Assembly: GCF_020745735.1 (NCBI RefSeq)
Contig: NC_083421.1
Coordinates: forward strand, 51,823,001-51,887,000
Direction: 5' to 3'
Source: Hemiscyllium ocellatum
Lineage: Eukaryota
Length of the DNA stretch: 64,000 nt
The notes under the pieces were generated by a model. That model was given only the letters and a program-made list of their open reading frames with translations, did no database searches and was not told where the DNA came from. A program made the position numbers and the translations under genes. Position 1 is the first letter of the stretch; every line of letters begins with the position of its first letter. This document shows, piece after piece, positions 36,746-50,214 of this stretch.

Positions 36746-38797
36746 TTAAGGCCCCCTGTGCCCTCCTGCCTCCTAGCTTGTCTCTTCTCTTTGATGGAGA
36801 ACAGGAAAGAAAGTGGTCAGTGTAGTTCAAATGGTCAGCTCATTTTCACCATGGCCTTTTTTGTTGCTGGCATCACATCGCTATGGTCGTCAAAATGAAG
36901 TTGTTAAAAGAGATATATCCCCCTCCATAATAAACAGGACAATCCCCTGAAATGAAGTCATCCGGTGGAAGGGAATATTTCTCATTCAAATGGAGGGGTG
37001 CCCATTAGATCCGAATCACTGACATCTTATTCCCATTGATCAAGCCTTCTCCAACCTACACCATGAAGTGCCACCTCGTCATTCCTGCATTGCCCAGTAT
37101 GCCCCACACTTCTGTCCCAAAGTGAAAGACTTTCAGCTTTAGAGTCAAGTCTACACTGACTAGAAAAAGACAGTGGGGTGAGAGAAAGACGGTGAACAGA
37201 CAAAACTGGTGACCATGGGTCAAAACTAAAAATCTGAGTCAGACTCTTGGGGCATTGCGAAAACTTACCATCAAAGCAAAATCCATTTTGTAAAACCTAC
37301 ATCTTTCAAAATGTAATTTCTGTCCTGGTTTTACAGGCCAGGAAGCCAGGACCACGCGGCCTGAAAATGAGGAACTGGGAAATATGAAAGCTGCTATAAA
37401 TAACGGCTTCCCGTGGTTTGAACTGGCAAAAACTGCACAGTTTGTGATAAGAATTCATGCTCAACAGTTGCTAAAAAAGACAAGTGATTTGAAAGTCTGG
37501 AAATTTGTGGATAATGGAGCAGAACACTGCCTGCCAAGACTAGACAATTCAGGAATGGAACCTGGCTGTGGGGTGTTTGCATCTGAGGTTTTCTAAAGGG
37601 AATCCATCCACCTACACTAATCTGATTAGGGTATGTTTAACAAACCCAATGAACGTAATCAAATCACGACCGGCATCTGGGATCAGAAAGTTATCTAATC
37701 CCTTCCAGTTCTCCTTGCGTACTATTTACCCGCTCAGCCTCAGTGCAAGGGTGAGGCAAATTTTGAACACACATTTTCCCTTCCCTTCACATTCAATCAA
37801 GAATGAGTCAACAAGCCCGCAGAGAGGGCTAACAACGTCACCCCGGGCTGCTTATCAAAAGCCACTCACAGACCAGGAATACAGTACAACCTGATACAAG
37901 AGAAAACAAAAAGGGGAAAAGAAACAAATTCACTCTCTCCAGCTTTTGGGCCACGTGAGCACTACTTCGAGCGGGTCCACCCTGCTCCACACGACACGGA
38001 GTAGAAGGCCTCAGGTTAACTGTCCAAGATCACTAACAGCTACACTTTGTTCTCTCCACAACATTTACAAATCAAGCTCAGTTCAGAACGATGATATTAA
38101 AAGCTGCCTTTTCACGGCCAAAGCTGAGTTGGAACCAAAGAGAGTGAATCTCTCAGGGTGGCGAGTTTTAGAGGGGCATAGTTTTAGAGTAGGGAGTAGG
38201 TTGAAGAGAGGATTTGAGGAATTTCTTTTTATCCCGAGGGTGGTGGGTAAGTGGAACTTACTGTCTAAGGGCAGGTAGAGACAGGAACCGTGAGGACATA
38301 TCAGAATTATTTAGATGAGAACTTGAAACTCAGTGTGCAGGGGGAAGGGACAAATATTGGAAAATGAGACTAAAATGGATGGATGCTGAATGACTGGCAT
38401 TAGACTGTGGGCTGAAGGGTGTCAGGCCATGCTGTGAAAACTCTGACTCTTGTATCACCAACTATCAGAAATGTACATTAATTTACAATACATTTGCTCA
38501 GGACCTCCATCCAAATTCCTCTAGAAATCGTTGCTGTCTGCATTGTCACCACTCTCTCAGGAACTGGCATCTAGGTCATTATCACTGGCTTCTCTCCATC
38601 CCTCCCTCCCTCGCCATTAAAATGTTTTAACCTCCACAGATCGGAGAGATTCGGCAATGGATCGTTCGCAATGCAGCCTCTGAGTCCAGCTGCCAAATGG
38701 AGGCAGATTAGGACACTCGGACCGGTGTTGCATTAACAGTGCAATTACGAAGTGAATCTCAGATTAATGTTTATTAGCACAACGATCACAAAGTGAA

Positions 38798-38934
38798 AGA
38801 TCTGTGGATGCTGGAAATCGGAAACAAAGACAGAAATTGCTGGTTCTGCAGCAGGTCTGGCAGCATCACCATAACACTAACTGATTTCTTTCCACATATG
38901 CTGGCAGGCCTGCTGAGCCTTTCCAGCAATTTGT
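38798..38934. mobile_element. Sub-family B Penelope-derived fold-back element with a SINE inserted in its right arm
   Basis: aaagacagaaattgctgg...cagcaggtctggcagcat / atgctggcaggcctgctg...ccagcaatttgt|SINE|cttt. Confidence 0.7.
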
Positions 38935-39243
38935 GGGCGGCACGGTGGCACAGTGGTTAGCACTGCTGCCTCACAGCACCAGAGACCCTGGTTCAGTTCC
39001 CTCCTCAGGCGACCCTGTCTGTGTGGAGTTTGCACATTCTCCCCATGTCTGCGTGGGTTTCCTCCGGGTGCTCCGGTTTCCTCCCACAGTCACAAAGATG
39101 TGCGGGTCAGGTGAATTAGCCATGCTAAATTGCCCGTGTTAGATAAGGGGTAAATGTAGGGGTATGGGTCGCTTGCGCTTCGGCAGGTCGGTGTGGACTT
39201 GTTGGGCCGAAGGGCCTGTTTCCACACTAAGTAATCTAATCTA
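38935..39243 (+). mobile_element. HE1-type SINE, full length
   Basis: Complete head and (TCTAA)n tail; TSD aatttgt. Confidence 0.93.
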
Positions 39244-39749
39244 ATTTGTCTTTGTGATCAATTAAAAGAGGACAAGTAACAGCCACAGTGATTCTCTCAA
39301 CAACAGAAACTTGGGTGTGGTGCCTGTATTTGTATGTCCTCAACAAACAGGACATCTGTTGGGCCTCAGTAGGACTGCGGTGCTTCATCACAGGAAGGTT
39401 GTGCATGCATAGGATAGAGAGAGCAGAACTGGTTTACAAGTACGGTTCCAAGAACGAGAAACTCCAGTAGGTGAACAGATTGAAGAAGTGGGGGCCCGTT
39501 TTCCTTGGAGGGAAGGCAGCAGGGAGGAGCTGTGTCAGCTCAAAATCACAAACAGGCTGGACAGAGTTGACAGGAAGAAGAAAAAAAGAGCGAGGGGGCA
39601 CGTGATGTGCAAACAAAGCAAGATGATGGGTGGAAAATAAAACAATGCATCCAGTGAGTAGCTAGGGGTTAGAATACACTGCTTGGAAAGGCAACAGAGC
39701 CAGGTTCAATTGAGGCATTGAGGGGGGTACGGGGTGATTCTTCAGCTTC

Positions 39750-40060
39750 ATGGTGACTCAGTGGTTAGCACTACTCTCTCAACGCTAGGGACCTGGATTC
39801 GATTCCACTTTCAAGCGACTCTCTATGTGGAGTTTGCACATCCTCCCCGGGTGCGCAGGTTTCAACCGGTTTCCTCCCAAAATCCAAAGATCTGCCAGTT
39901 AGGTGGATTGGCCATGTTAAGTTGCCCGGTGTCTCGATGTGTAGGTTAGGTGGTTAACCATAGGAAATACAGCGTTATAAGGCCGGATCTGGATTGATGG
40001 CCTTTGGATGGTCAGTGTGGACTCGATGGGCCAAATGGCCTGCTTCCACACTGTAGGGAA
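39750..40060 (+). mobile_element. Diverged HE1-type SINE
   Basis: Head cagtggttagcac, core tgtggagtttgcaca, tail ccacactgtaggga. Confidence 0.82.
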
Positions 40061-41091
40061 TTTGATGAAAGGATTGGCGCTGGAGAACAGAACGGGAGCA
40101 GGTACAACGTGTGCCTTCTGCACTGTCACCATTTTGTGAAGCTGTGAACTTTAAAATGCTGGACGATTCCGGCACATATCCTCTCCGCTCAAAAACACAA
40201 CCAGCTCGCTCCCAAAGTATTACCCAGCTGTCCAGCTCCTGGCACACTTCAGACAAGTCAACATGAAGGGGTGTGAGATAAAGACATCAAGATCCATTTT
40301 GTAAATACCCAGTTATAAAGGCTTAAGGCTCATTTATGATTGGAAGCAGGTGCTTTTTTTATACACAAAATTGCCAAATGTCCTACCGCACCCCCACCCT
40401 CACACCACCCGTTTCAAATCCAGGTTAAGCAGAAACTGGATTTTCTTGCTGCTGTTCGCAGTGGAACCAGTTTTATTGCCTGGGTCAAACATTAAGCATG
40501 AGACAGCATAAAACACACGGGGAATACTCACTCACAATCATACCCATGACGGAGCTCAACTTGAAACACCTTTAACAGTCCTGGTCAGAGGCTGCGAATT
40601 TACTCAAAAAGGGAGGTTGTTAATCACTTGGGAACCAATGCCCTGTTGTTTTATGGAGGCAAATCTAATTATCAAATTGCAGGGTGGAGCTGAATTTTGG
40701 TCAGGGTGATGTCAGCCTGCAAGGGCCGGAGTGGAGATAGAGTAGTGGTAACGTCATTGGGAAACGGGGCCTGAAGTCCAGACAAATACTCCAGGGTCAC
40801 GCGTTCAACTCTCACCACAGCAACAAGCAGAATGTTAATTCAATCAATTAAAACAGGAATGAAAGGATAGCCTCAGTAAGAGTCAAAATATTATAGAGGA
40901 AAAAAAACTGCAGATACTGGAATCCAAAAGGAGATAGGCAGGAGGCTGGAGGAACACAACAGGCCAGGCAGCATCAGGAGGTGGAGAAGTCGGCACTTTG
41001 GGTGCAGTTATCAAGGGTCATAAAAATCCACGAGATTCACTAATGCTTTTTAGTGAAGGAAATTTACCATCCTTACCTCATCTCGCTTACA

Positions 41092-41398
41092 TAGATTAGA
41101 TTAGAGTGTGGAAACAGGCCCTTCGGCCCAACAAGTCCACACTGACCTGCCGAAGTACAACCCACCCAGACCCCATTCCCCTACACTTACCCCTTTACCT
41201 AACACTATGGCCAATTTAGCATGGCCAATTCACCTGACCTACACATTTTTGGACTGTGGGAGGAAACCGGAGCACCCGGAGGAAACCCAAGCAGACATGG
41301 GGAGAATGTGCAAACTCCACACAGTCAGTCGCCTGAGGCAGGAATTGAACCCGGATCTCTGGCGCTGTGAGGCAGCAGTGCTAACCACTGTGCCACCG
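41092..41398 (-). mobile_element. HE1-type SINE
   Basis: Near-identical to other young copies. Confidence 0.92.
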
Positions 41399-41429
41399 GG
41401 TTCATGTGGGAGGCTGTTCTCTACTTCCT

Positions 41430-41715
41430 TTATTCATTCACAGAATGAGGGCATCACTGGCTAGGCCAGCATTTATTGACCATTCCTAATTGCCCAGAGG
41501 GCAGTTAAGAGCGAACACATTGCAGTGGATCTGGAGTCACATGTAGGCCATGCCCGGTAAGGATGACAGTTTCCATCCCTAAAAGACATTAGTGAATCAC
41601 AAGTGCTTTTCCTGATCATTGATGACCATGAATCCACAGTCATCGGTCCCCAGAATGTTATCTGGGTTTCTGGATTAACAGTCCAGCGATAATACCACTA
41701 GGCCATCGCCTCCCC
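41430..41715 (-). mobile_element. Second SINE family copy (best preserved)
   Basis: gggcatcactggctaggccagcatttatt...ctggagtcacatgtaggcca...taccactaggccatcgcctccc. Confidence 0.72.
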
Positions 41716-42629
41716 CACCACAGGGGAAAGTTATAGGGCAGGAGGTGCCAGGGTATGCCTCCCACTTAAAGCTGCTCTGTCTCACCCATACACACACACC
41801 ATCTCGCGCTCACTCGTACTCCCACCCACACACACACCCCTTTGCACGTCAAGAAGAAAATAATCACAGATGGGAGTCACAGAATCTCTCCCTAATCCAA
41901 GTCAAGGTTTTTTTTTAAAGCATTCAGCAATTTTAAAACTTCCTGCACATCTGTTAATGTAATATTTAGGGTAGTCCATGATAACTTTGTAGCTATGGAG
42001 GTTCACCCCCACCCCCCCAATTCAATATCATGAGCACTAACATTCGCTCCTTATCCTACAGGGGGCATTCTGCTATGGGGCAGCTCTCAGCCCTGGCGCC
42101 AGAATGGACGACATTCGGATATCGGGCGGAGTACAATCTGGGAAAGCCTCGTTCAACTGTCAGGCTTCCGGTCAAACAGTGCTGCTGTGTTGGGAGCTGC
42201 ATCTGGTTTAGCTTTTCTGTCATGAGCTGGTGTGCTGGCCCAGTTACTGAACCTGGTTAAATCCGTGCTGACCATGAACAGCACGTACCTCTCCCCGGTT
42301 CAAGTGTCAGATCAGGGCCCAGAGCAACAAGTTCACCTCTCGGCTTGGCTCCTTCCTCACTCGGATTCTCCTTTTCCTCTCCCAGTTTAGACACTGGGAG
42401 AAAGTCCTCCTCCTTGTTGCCTTCGATCTCTGAGCCTCTCAGCTCCAGGCTTCCATCCCACGTTCCCCAAAAACGCTTCTTGGGTACGACAGACCTAACA
42501 ACGCTAACCCACAACAACTCAAGGTGCTCTGCTTGCAATGATCACCCTCTGCCTGGACTCCAAACCACAATTAAACCAACCCCCCGATCGATTCTCAACC
42601 GCTCCTGCACGTTTCCTTCTCAAAGACCA

Positions 42630-42955
42630 GCACAGTGGCTCAGTGGTTAGCAGTGCTGCTTCTCAGTGCCAGGGATCTGGGTTCAATTCCAGCCTTGGGT
42701 GACTGTCTGTGTGGAGTTTGCACATTCTCCCAGTGTCTGCGTGGGGTTCCTCCGCGTGCTCCTGTTTCCTCCACAGCCCACAGATGGTTAGGTGAACTGA
42801 CCATGCTAAATTGCCCATAGTGTTCAGGGATGTGTAGGTTAGATTCATGAGTCAGGGGAAATGTAGAGGAATGGGTCTGGGTAGATCACTCTTTGGAGGG
42901 TCAGTGTGGACTGGTTGGGCCAAATGGCCTGTGTCCACACTGTAGGGATTCTATG
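42630..42955 (+). mobile_element. HE1-type SINE
   Basis: Head, core and tail recognisable. Confidence 0.88.
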
Positions 42956-43191
42956 ATAAACAAATGGTGCAGTTTAAATTCCATTAACAAAAGCTCAAAT
43001 CAGTATGAACCCTGAGGACAAAAGTCAATCTGGCTCACAAATGTCTCTTTGGAAAGGAAATCCTAAATAATCTGGCCCACCTAGACACCAGGCGTAGAAC
43101 AAAGTGGCTGACCATTAACTGTCCTCTAAAAAGGATTCACAAGCTTCCCAGATTCAGGGGCAATTAGGGACAGGCAACAAATCTTGATCCT

Positions 43192-43333
43192 AGGTGAATT
43201 GGCCATACTAAATTGCCCGTAGTTTAGGTGAAGGGGTAAAGGTAGGGGTATGGGTGGGTTGCGCTTCGGGGGGGGTCGGTGTGGTCTTGTTGGGCCGAAG
43301 GGCCTGTTTCCACACTGTAAGTAATCTAACCTA
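43192..43333 (+). mobile_element. 5'-truncated HE1-type SINE
   Basis: Core end and tail only. Confidence 0.85.
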
Positions 43334-43997
43334 AAAAAAACCTTGGCAGAGACAAGGTGATGGGGTGTGTAAAAAGTATTGAAGTGTTCAATCAACCATG
43401 ATTGCATTGAAAGGCAGGGCAGGTTTGATGGGCTGAATGGCTTATTGTTCCTATGATATACCCATGTTCCATAAAAGAGGTTTTAAACAATTCTTCTAGA
43501 TACATTATTTAAATGCCATTCTGCTACATATCCTGAGCAACTTACTGAATAGAATGGAGCAGTGCAAGGATTAAATAGATTAGAAAGATAGGGAGAGAAT
43601 TTTTAACCCATGAGTCATATTACATAGGCATGTTGCCATATCTTGTTTGAAATTCTTTTAATTTTATATCAAAGACACATTATGTAGACATGGTCCATTA
43701 ATCCTGCCTTATCTCACCTCTGTGCAGGAGCTAAACCATTAACTTGATGTCACAAGGAATTAAGGGCTACGGGGAGAATGCGGGTAAGTGGAGTTGAAGT
43801 GCCCATCAGCCATGATTGAATGGCGGAGTGGACTCGATGGGCCGAATGGCCTTACTTCCACTCCTATGTCTTATGGTCTTAACTTCTTGCTGAATTATAA
43901 GCACAAGAGTTTAACAGTGACCAGCGAGCTGCAGCCATTGAATTGAAAATTATTGGGGAATCTATGTGTAAAACAATAACAAACACAATTTGTTGTC

Positions 43998-44782
43998 ATA
44001 GAACATAGAACAATACAGCACAGAACAGGCCCTTTGGCCCACGATATTGTGCCGAACATTTGTCCTAGCTTAAGCACCTATCCCTGTACCTATCCAATTG
44101 CTGCTTAAAGGTCACCAATGATGTTGACTCTGCCACTCCCACAGGCAGCGCATTCCATGCCCCCACCACTCTAGAGATGTACAGCATGGAAACAGACCTT
44201 TTGGTCCACCCTGTCCATACCAACCAGATATGCCAACCCAATCTAATCCCACCTGCCAGCACCCGGCCCATATCCCTCCAAACCGTTCCTATTCATATAC
44301 CCATCCAAATACCTTTTAAATGTTGCAATTGTACCATCCTCCACCATTTCCTCTGGCAGCTCATTCCATACATGCACCACCCTCTGCGTGAAAAAGTTGC
44401 CTCTAAGGTGTCTATTATAACTTTCCCATCTCACCTTAAACCTATGCCCTCTAGTTCTGGACTCCCCCATCCCAAGGAAAAGACTTTGCCTATTTACCCT
44501 ATCCATGCCCCTCATGGTTTTATAAACCTCTAGACGGTCACCCCTCAGCTTCCGATGCTCCAGGGAAAGCAGCCCCAGCTTATTTAGCCTCCTTCTGTAG
44601 CTCAAATCCTCCAAACCTGGCAACATCCTTGTAAATCTTTTCTCAACCCTTTCACATTTCACAACATCCTTCCAATAGCACGGAGAGCAGAATTGCATGC
44701 AGTTTTCCAAAAGTGGCCTAACCAATGTCCTGTACAGCCGCAACGTGACCTCCCAACTCATGTACTCAATACTCTGACTACA
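43998..44782 (-). mobile_element. Two abutting HER1/CR1 LINE 3' fragments (43998-44171; 44172-44782)
   Basis: ORF 44243..44836 LYRTLVRPLLE...WNELPEE; two different 3' tails. Confidence 0.92.
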
Positions 44783-44799
44783 AGGCCAACAACCCCAGA

Positions 44800-45627
44800 A
44801 AGACAATTTCATATTCACTACTTCTCTCTCGGTCAATCACCCCCCAATATAAATATGAAATTCTACACTTTGATGTGAAAAACACAAAGGAAGGGTACTA
44901 TTTAGTGATGATCTATTGGGAAATGTGTTGATGTCCTCTTACACCAGATAATTAAACAGGCAGGTGCAATAAGCAATTAGGAAAGCCAATAGTATACTGG
45001 CCTTCATTGCAATAGGATTGGAGTTTGGAAGTATAGATGTCTTACTGCACTTTTACAGGGCCTTGCTGAGACTGTACCTGGAGTACTGTGTGCAGTTTTG
45101 GCCTCCTTCCCCAAGAAAGGTCATAGCTGCCATAAAGGGAGTATAGTGGAGGGTCACTAGGCTGATATTTTCCTGCTCCTCGGATGCTGCCTGACCTGCT
45201 GTGCTTTTCCAGCACCACTCTGATCTCAACTCTGATACGAGAGATGGCAGGAATGTCGTATGAGAGTAAAATTAATTTGACTGGGCCTGTAGTTTAGACG
45301 AATGAGAGAGAATCTGATTGAAATGCATAAAATTCCGACAGGACTAGGACACACTAGAGGCAGAGAGGATAGTTTCCCTGGTTGGGGGAGGCGAGAACCA
45401 GGGACGGAGTCTCAGGATAACAGAGATACCATTTGGCACGGAGATGTAAAAAAGCTCTCTTCACTCAAAGGGTGGTGGACCTGTGGAATTTACCAACACG
45501 GAAGGCTGCAGAGGCCAAGTCACTTCTCCAATTCAAGGAGGAGCTGGGAAATTCTTAAACATAAAAAAGCACAAGGGCATCAGGTGAAAGCAGATATTTG
45601 GTGTTGAGATAGAGGATCAGCCATGAT
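44800..45627 (+). mobile_element. Old CR1-type LINE fragment with nested Penelope-derived piece (45166-45237)
   Basis: ctggagtactgtgtgcagttttgg motif; nested ttttcctgctcctcggatgctgcctgacctgctg flanked by ctgata. Confidence 0.78.
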
Positions 45628-45963
45628 CATAGAATCCCTACAGTGTGGGAACAGACCCTTCAGCCCGACAAGTCCACACCGACCCTCCAAAGGGTGTCCC
45701 ACCCAAACCTATTTCCCTACCCTATTACTCCACATTTCCCCTGACTAATGCACCTAACCCACACATCCTTGAATACTATGGACAGTTTAGCATGGCCAAT
45801 TCACCTAACCTGCATATCTTTGGACTATGGGAGGAAACCAGAGCACCAGGACAAAACCCACAGACACACGGGGAGACTGTGCAGCCTCCACACAGACATT
45901 CAACAGAGGCTGGAATCGAACCCGGGTCCCTGTGAGGCAGCAATGCTAATCACTGAGCCACCA
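45628..45963 (-). mobile_element. HE1-type SINE
   Basis: Similarity to other copies. Confidence 0.88.
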
Positions 45964-48900
45964 TGTCAGGGTATCATACTGAATGGCAGAGCAGGTTGGA
46001 AGGGCTGAATGGCCTGCTCCTGGTTAATACAAGAAATTTGCCATTGAAAAGCCCAGACCAACTGTCACAGTGCAACATTAACAGTTAACGTGGTTGCCTA
46101 AAATACAGAGGCCTTGAGTGGGAAGCACTGGCAGGTGGCAAAAAAGACCCAATGCCCAAGAGTAATGCACATGATCGTCCGGTCACACGGGATTCTGCAA
46201 CGGCCAAGGCTTGTTTTCGCATCCTCCAGAATCTCAGCTTCACTTCTTTCAGTTGCAAGCCCCAATTTGCCCAGTGGTTGCATAACAGCACAAAGCAAGT
46301 GGCAACAAAGCCGACCCTCATTAAAAATAACTGCAACAGCTGGTGCTAAACCAACTATGACAGGCCACAGAGAGAAAAACAAAGAGCTTCGGTGAGCTAA
46401 TGCTCTGAGTAAAGAGGTGTCTTTGTGCAAAGAGTGGGTGCAAATATGCGGTTATGCTCCCACAGGGAGAGTCTGGAGTCAGCAATAACAATGCATTGAA
46501 AACAGGAAGTTAGACTAAGCATTTGAGAGGGAGCTACTTGTAACATTGGATTTTGAGGAAACCTGGAAGGACAGTAGACACCAGTATAAACTTATTGGGC
46601 TGAATGGCCTGTTTGAAAGCCCTGTATTATGTGGAACCCTTTGTGTAATGAAGTCCACCATGAATACACAATCTGCAAATACACTGGGGGCCATTATTTA
46701 AAATCTATGTTGCACCAGTCAGCAGGGGTATGGGATTTTCTTTCACTCATTTACAGGAATATGAGCACCTGAATCATCATTCATTGCCATCTTCAGAGTC
46801 AACCATGTTTCTGTGGATCTGGAGTCACTCACAGGCCAGGGTAAGGGAAAGCAGACTGCCCTCACCTCAGGAACGTTAGTGAAGCAATGGCTTTTCCCTC
46901 CAAACATTTCACGGCCATCATCAGACTCTTAATTCCAGACTTTCATCGACTTGAAATTCACCCTACCACGGCAGGAATCCAATCCAGAATATGACCTGGG
47001 TTTTCCAGCATAAATAGTCGAATGATAATACCACTAGGCCATTGCTCGAAACTTGCAATTTGTCCAGCTGTCACAAGACGTCACAGAAAGTTTCCCCTCC
47101 CACACAAAAACCTTAGACCTGACCACAGATAATGGGGCTTGCAGTAAATTGGCCTCAGATCCATACTGTATACTCAGAACTACCAGATCCGAAAAAACTG
47201 CAGTGGGGTTTCCCAGACTGCCTCTCTGAATACAATGAGCAGAGGTAGAAAATTACCAGCTTTAATATCAAAACTAAGGATCAGCTGCTGGGAACTGCTA
47301 GCAACCGACTTTCTTTCAGAGGTTCGGTCAGGGAAGAGTGATCCACTTGTAAAATCTGACACAAACTCCACATTTTATTTTGATGATTGCACCGATTTGT
47401 ACATCGCACATCAAACAATCATGATTTTTCTTTGTCTTAAAAAAAAGATTTCTCTGCCCTCAAAAGGAATGGAACAGTTTCCAAACCTAGTTGTAGCGAG
47501 GTCAGGTATAAATGTGGTTAGAATCAAGCGGAGGTTATTTCTCTCTCAGTCCTAACCATAGACAAATATCATTTCCTGCCTCATTGTGATAACTCACATC
47601 AACCACACAATTCAGCTTCGAGCTAAGTTGGAGATTTAGTATCAGGGTTATGCCTGGTGTCACTGGTGATTCACAGCTGGGCAAATAGTGTCCCTAAACT
47701 GGTGCCATCGTAGGAAAATCCTTACAGTGTCTGCAAAACTTGCTATTATTTCGGCCCAGATTTACTCAGTCCCACCAGTGACAGTCTGGAATCTGAAGCA
47801 TACTAATGCTCAAGCCATTGGCAACACATATTTTGTTTTGAAGTATTTTAAGGGACAGACGTATTGCTTACAATAATGACTCGCATTGGCTCCTACAGAC
47901 TCTGCTCTGGAATGAAGTGAGATGCTATGGGGGAGGGAGGAGAAGCAAGAAGATGGGGAGTGGGTAGCCGGCTCTCAATTCCATAGAGTCTCCAAAATAG
48001 ATCTTTAAAAGCATTTTCAGGGCATTTTTGCAACCCTTAGGCATTTTATAAAGTTGTGCACTTGTTAAAATATTGGCGACCTTACATTCAAGCGCCATTT
48101 AAACTGACTGGGACAGAGTCCATGTACCTGTGCATGTGGGCCTGCACAAACATCTCCAGGTTGTTAGACTGAGCTTCAGAGTCAGGCTGCGCTATGCGAG
48201 ATCATTGGTCCAATCAAACGCAGATCAGAAGTTGGAGGCGGAATGTAATTTCAACTTTGCCATCGTTATCACAACTGATAACATCTTTTCTTCAGGAAGT
48301 CTTTGATTCTCCCTGCCAAAGGAGGCCTGTTTCTGTTCAGATTTTGCAAACTAATGGTTTAAAACAAAACCAAACATATGAAGAATTTGTCCAATCCCTC
48401 CTTTGCCACTTATGGCCAAGTTGCCATTTATTTTCCACCTCTGCAATACTTATTCTACCCTGTCTCGCTCTCTCTCTCAATCTCTGTAATTCAAGGGAGC
48501 AACTTGCACAATACAGACCCAGGGGTGCTGGTCACCCGAATGTACCTGACCCTAGGTAGTCACTCTGCATGTGAGCATTAACCCAGTGAAGGGCAGCACA
48601 CTATTTGACCTCAGAGGCATCACAACTACGTCCAATCAGACATAACAGAAGGTCAGCACTTCCCAGCGAGACTCCTTGGGTAGAGTTTGGAATCAAGATG
48701 CACCATCTCTGGGTAACATTAAGCACTCTCCCACTGGCCTGGCATTAACCTAAGATATCCACACTACATAATACAGTAACCATCCTTGAGCAGACAAGTG
48801 CTTTTGCCAAAACAAGTTCATTTGTCCAGACTCGGTAAGATTTATTTTTAACACAGAAAAGGGAGCCTACACCACCATGGAACAAACTTTCACTAAAAAA

Positions 48901-50214
48901 TAACCACCACAGGTGAGGGGTACAGGAACACAGTGGAAATGTTACAGGACCAGTGATCCAAGCAGCTGAACTAACGGTCTAAAGACACGCAAGTTCAATT
49001 CCTACTATTGAGGAAGTTTAAATTCACTTAAGTTCAAATCTGGAATAAAACACTGAGTTAAACTGACAATGATCGTGAAGTGGTGTTAAAAAAAAGTTCA
49101 TCTGTTTCACTAATGGACAGGGAAGGAATCTGCCGACTTTACCTGCTCTGACCTACATGTAATACCAGACGCACAGTAACGGGACTGATTCCGAAACACC
49201 TTCTATAAAAGGCAAGAAAGCCAGCAGTTTTATTTTTTATTAATTTGACCAATTTTTCTAATCAACCTGTTCAGTGATGCTATTTCACACCTCTGGAGCA
49301 GGTCGGACTTGAACCTACCTCCCAGTCCATGCGTAGGGACCCTCCACTTAACCCCAGAGCCCTCTCTTATCAACACGGTACAGGGGAACAGAAAAACCTC
49401 TGTTGGCTGCACCTAATCCACACGGACTACAACAATTCAAGAAAGTAGCTCATGAACATGTTCTCCAGGGTAATTAGGACTGGAAATAAATGTTCTCATT
49501 TCAAGAATGAACAATAAAAGAAAGGCAGGACCATTAGCCACTGCTTCAGCATAGCAGCTACACAGACAGGGGAAATTAAAGTAAATTAAAATCAATTGTG
49601 GGAAAGTGAGTGGGATGAAGCAGCTGCTAGAGTTTGAGAATGCCTGGCAATTTGCCCATTTCCACTGCTTTTCCAATGGTTCTTCGAATCTAGTTTGCCT
49701 CTTGACAGTCAGCACTGAAACCAATGGTCAGTATTTATTGTCATAGTGAGGAAATTCAGATCATTAAATCAATGACCAGGATCACACTGAACTGCAGAGC
49801 AGGCTTGAGGATCCAAACAGCCTAGGCCTGTTCCTAATTAATCTGGATGTAACACCATTGACTTCCATGCCTTCAGTTGCCTAGGCCACAATCTCTGGAA
49901 CTCTCTGCCTAGGTCCTTCCACTCAATCTTACAGACATGCCATTGAATGTGAAGGGTATTACATTTCTGAATTGCCCCACTGACCAGGAAGTAAATTGGA
50001 CTAGTCACAAACACTATTGCCACCACAGCAGGTCAGAAACTGGATATCCTGTAGTAACCAACTCATCACCTGATTCCAAAAGCCTTCTCACTGTCTACAA
50101 AGCCTAAGTGAAGGCTGTGTTGCAATACTCTCAAGTCACCTGATGAGTGCAGTTCAAGTAGTTAACACCAACCAGGAAAAACAAAATCAATCTCTTTGAC
50201 TAATTTTATTTTAT

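Noticed and set aside
42289-42538. Acidic ORF ending at a phase-1 donor (GAG|GTACGT) compatible with exon 4
   Set aside because: No in-frame ATG, an upstream in-frame stop, and the nearby acceptors I checked are in the wrong phase.
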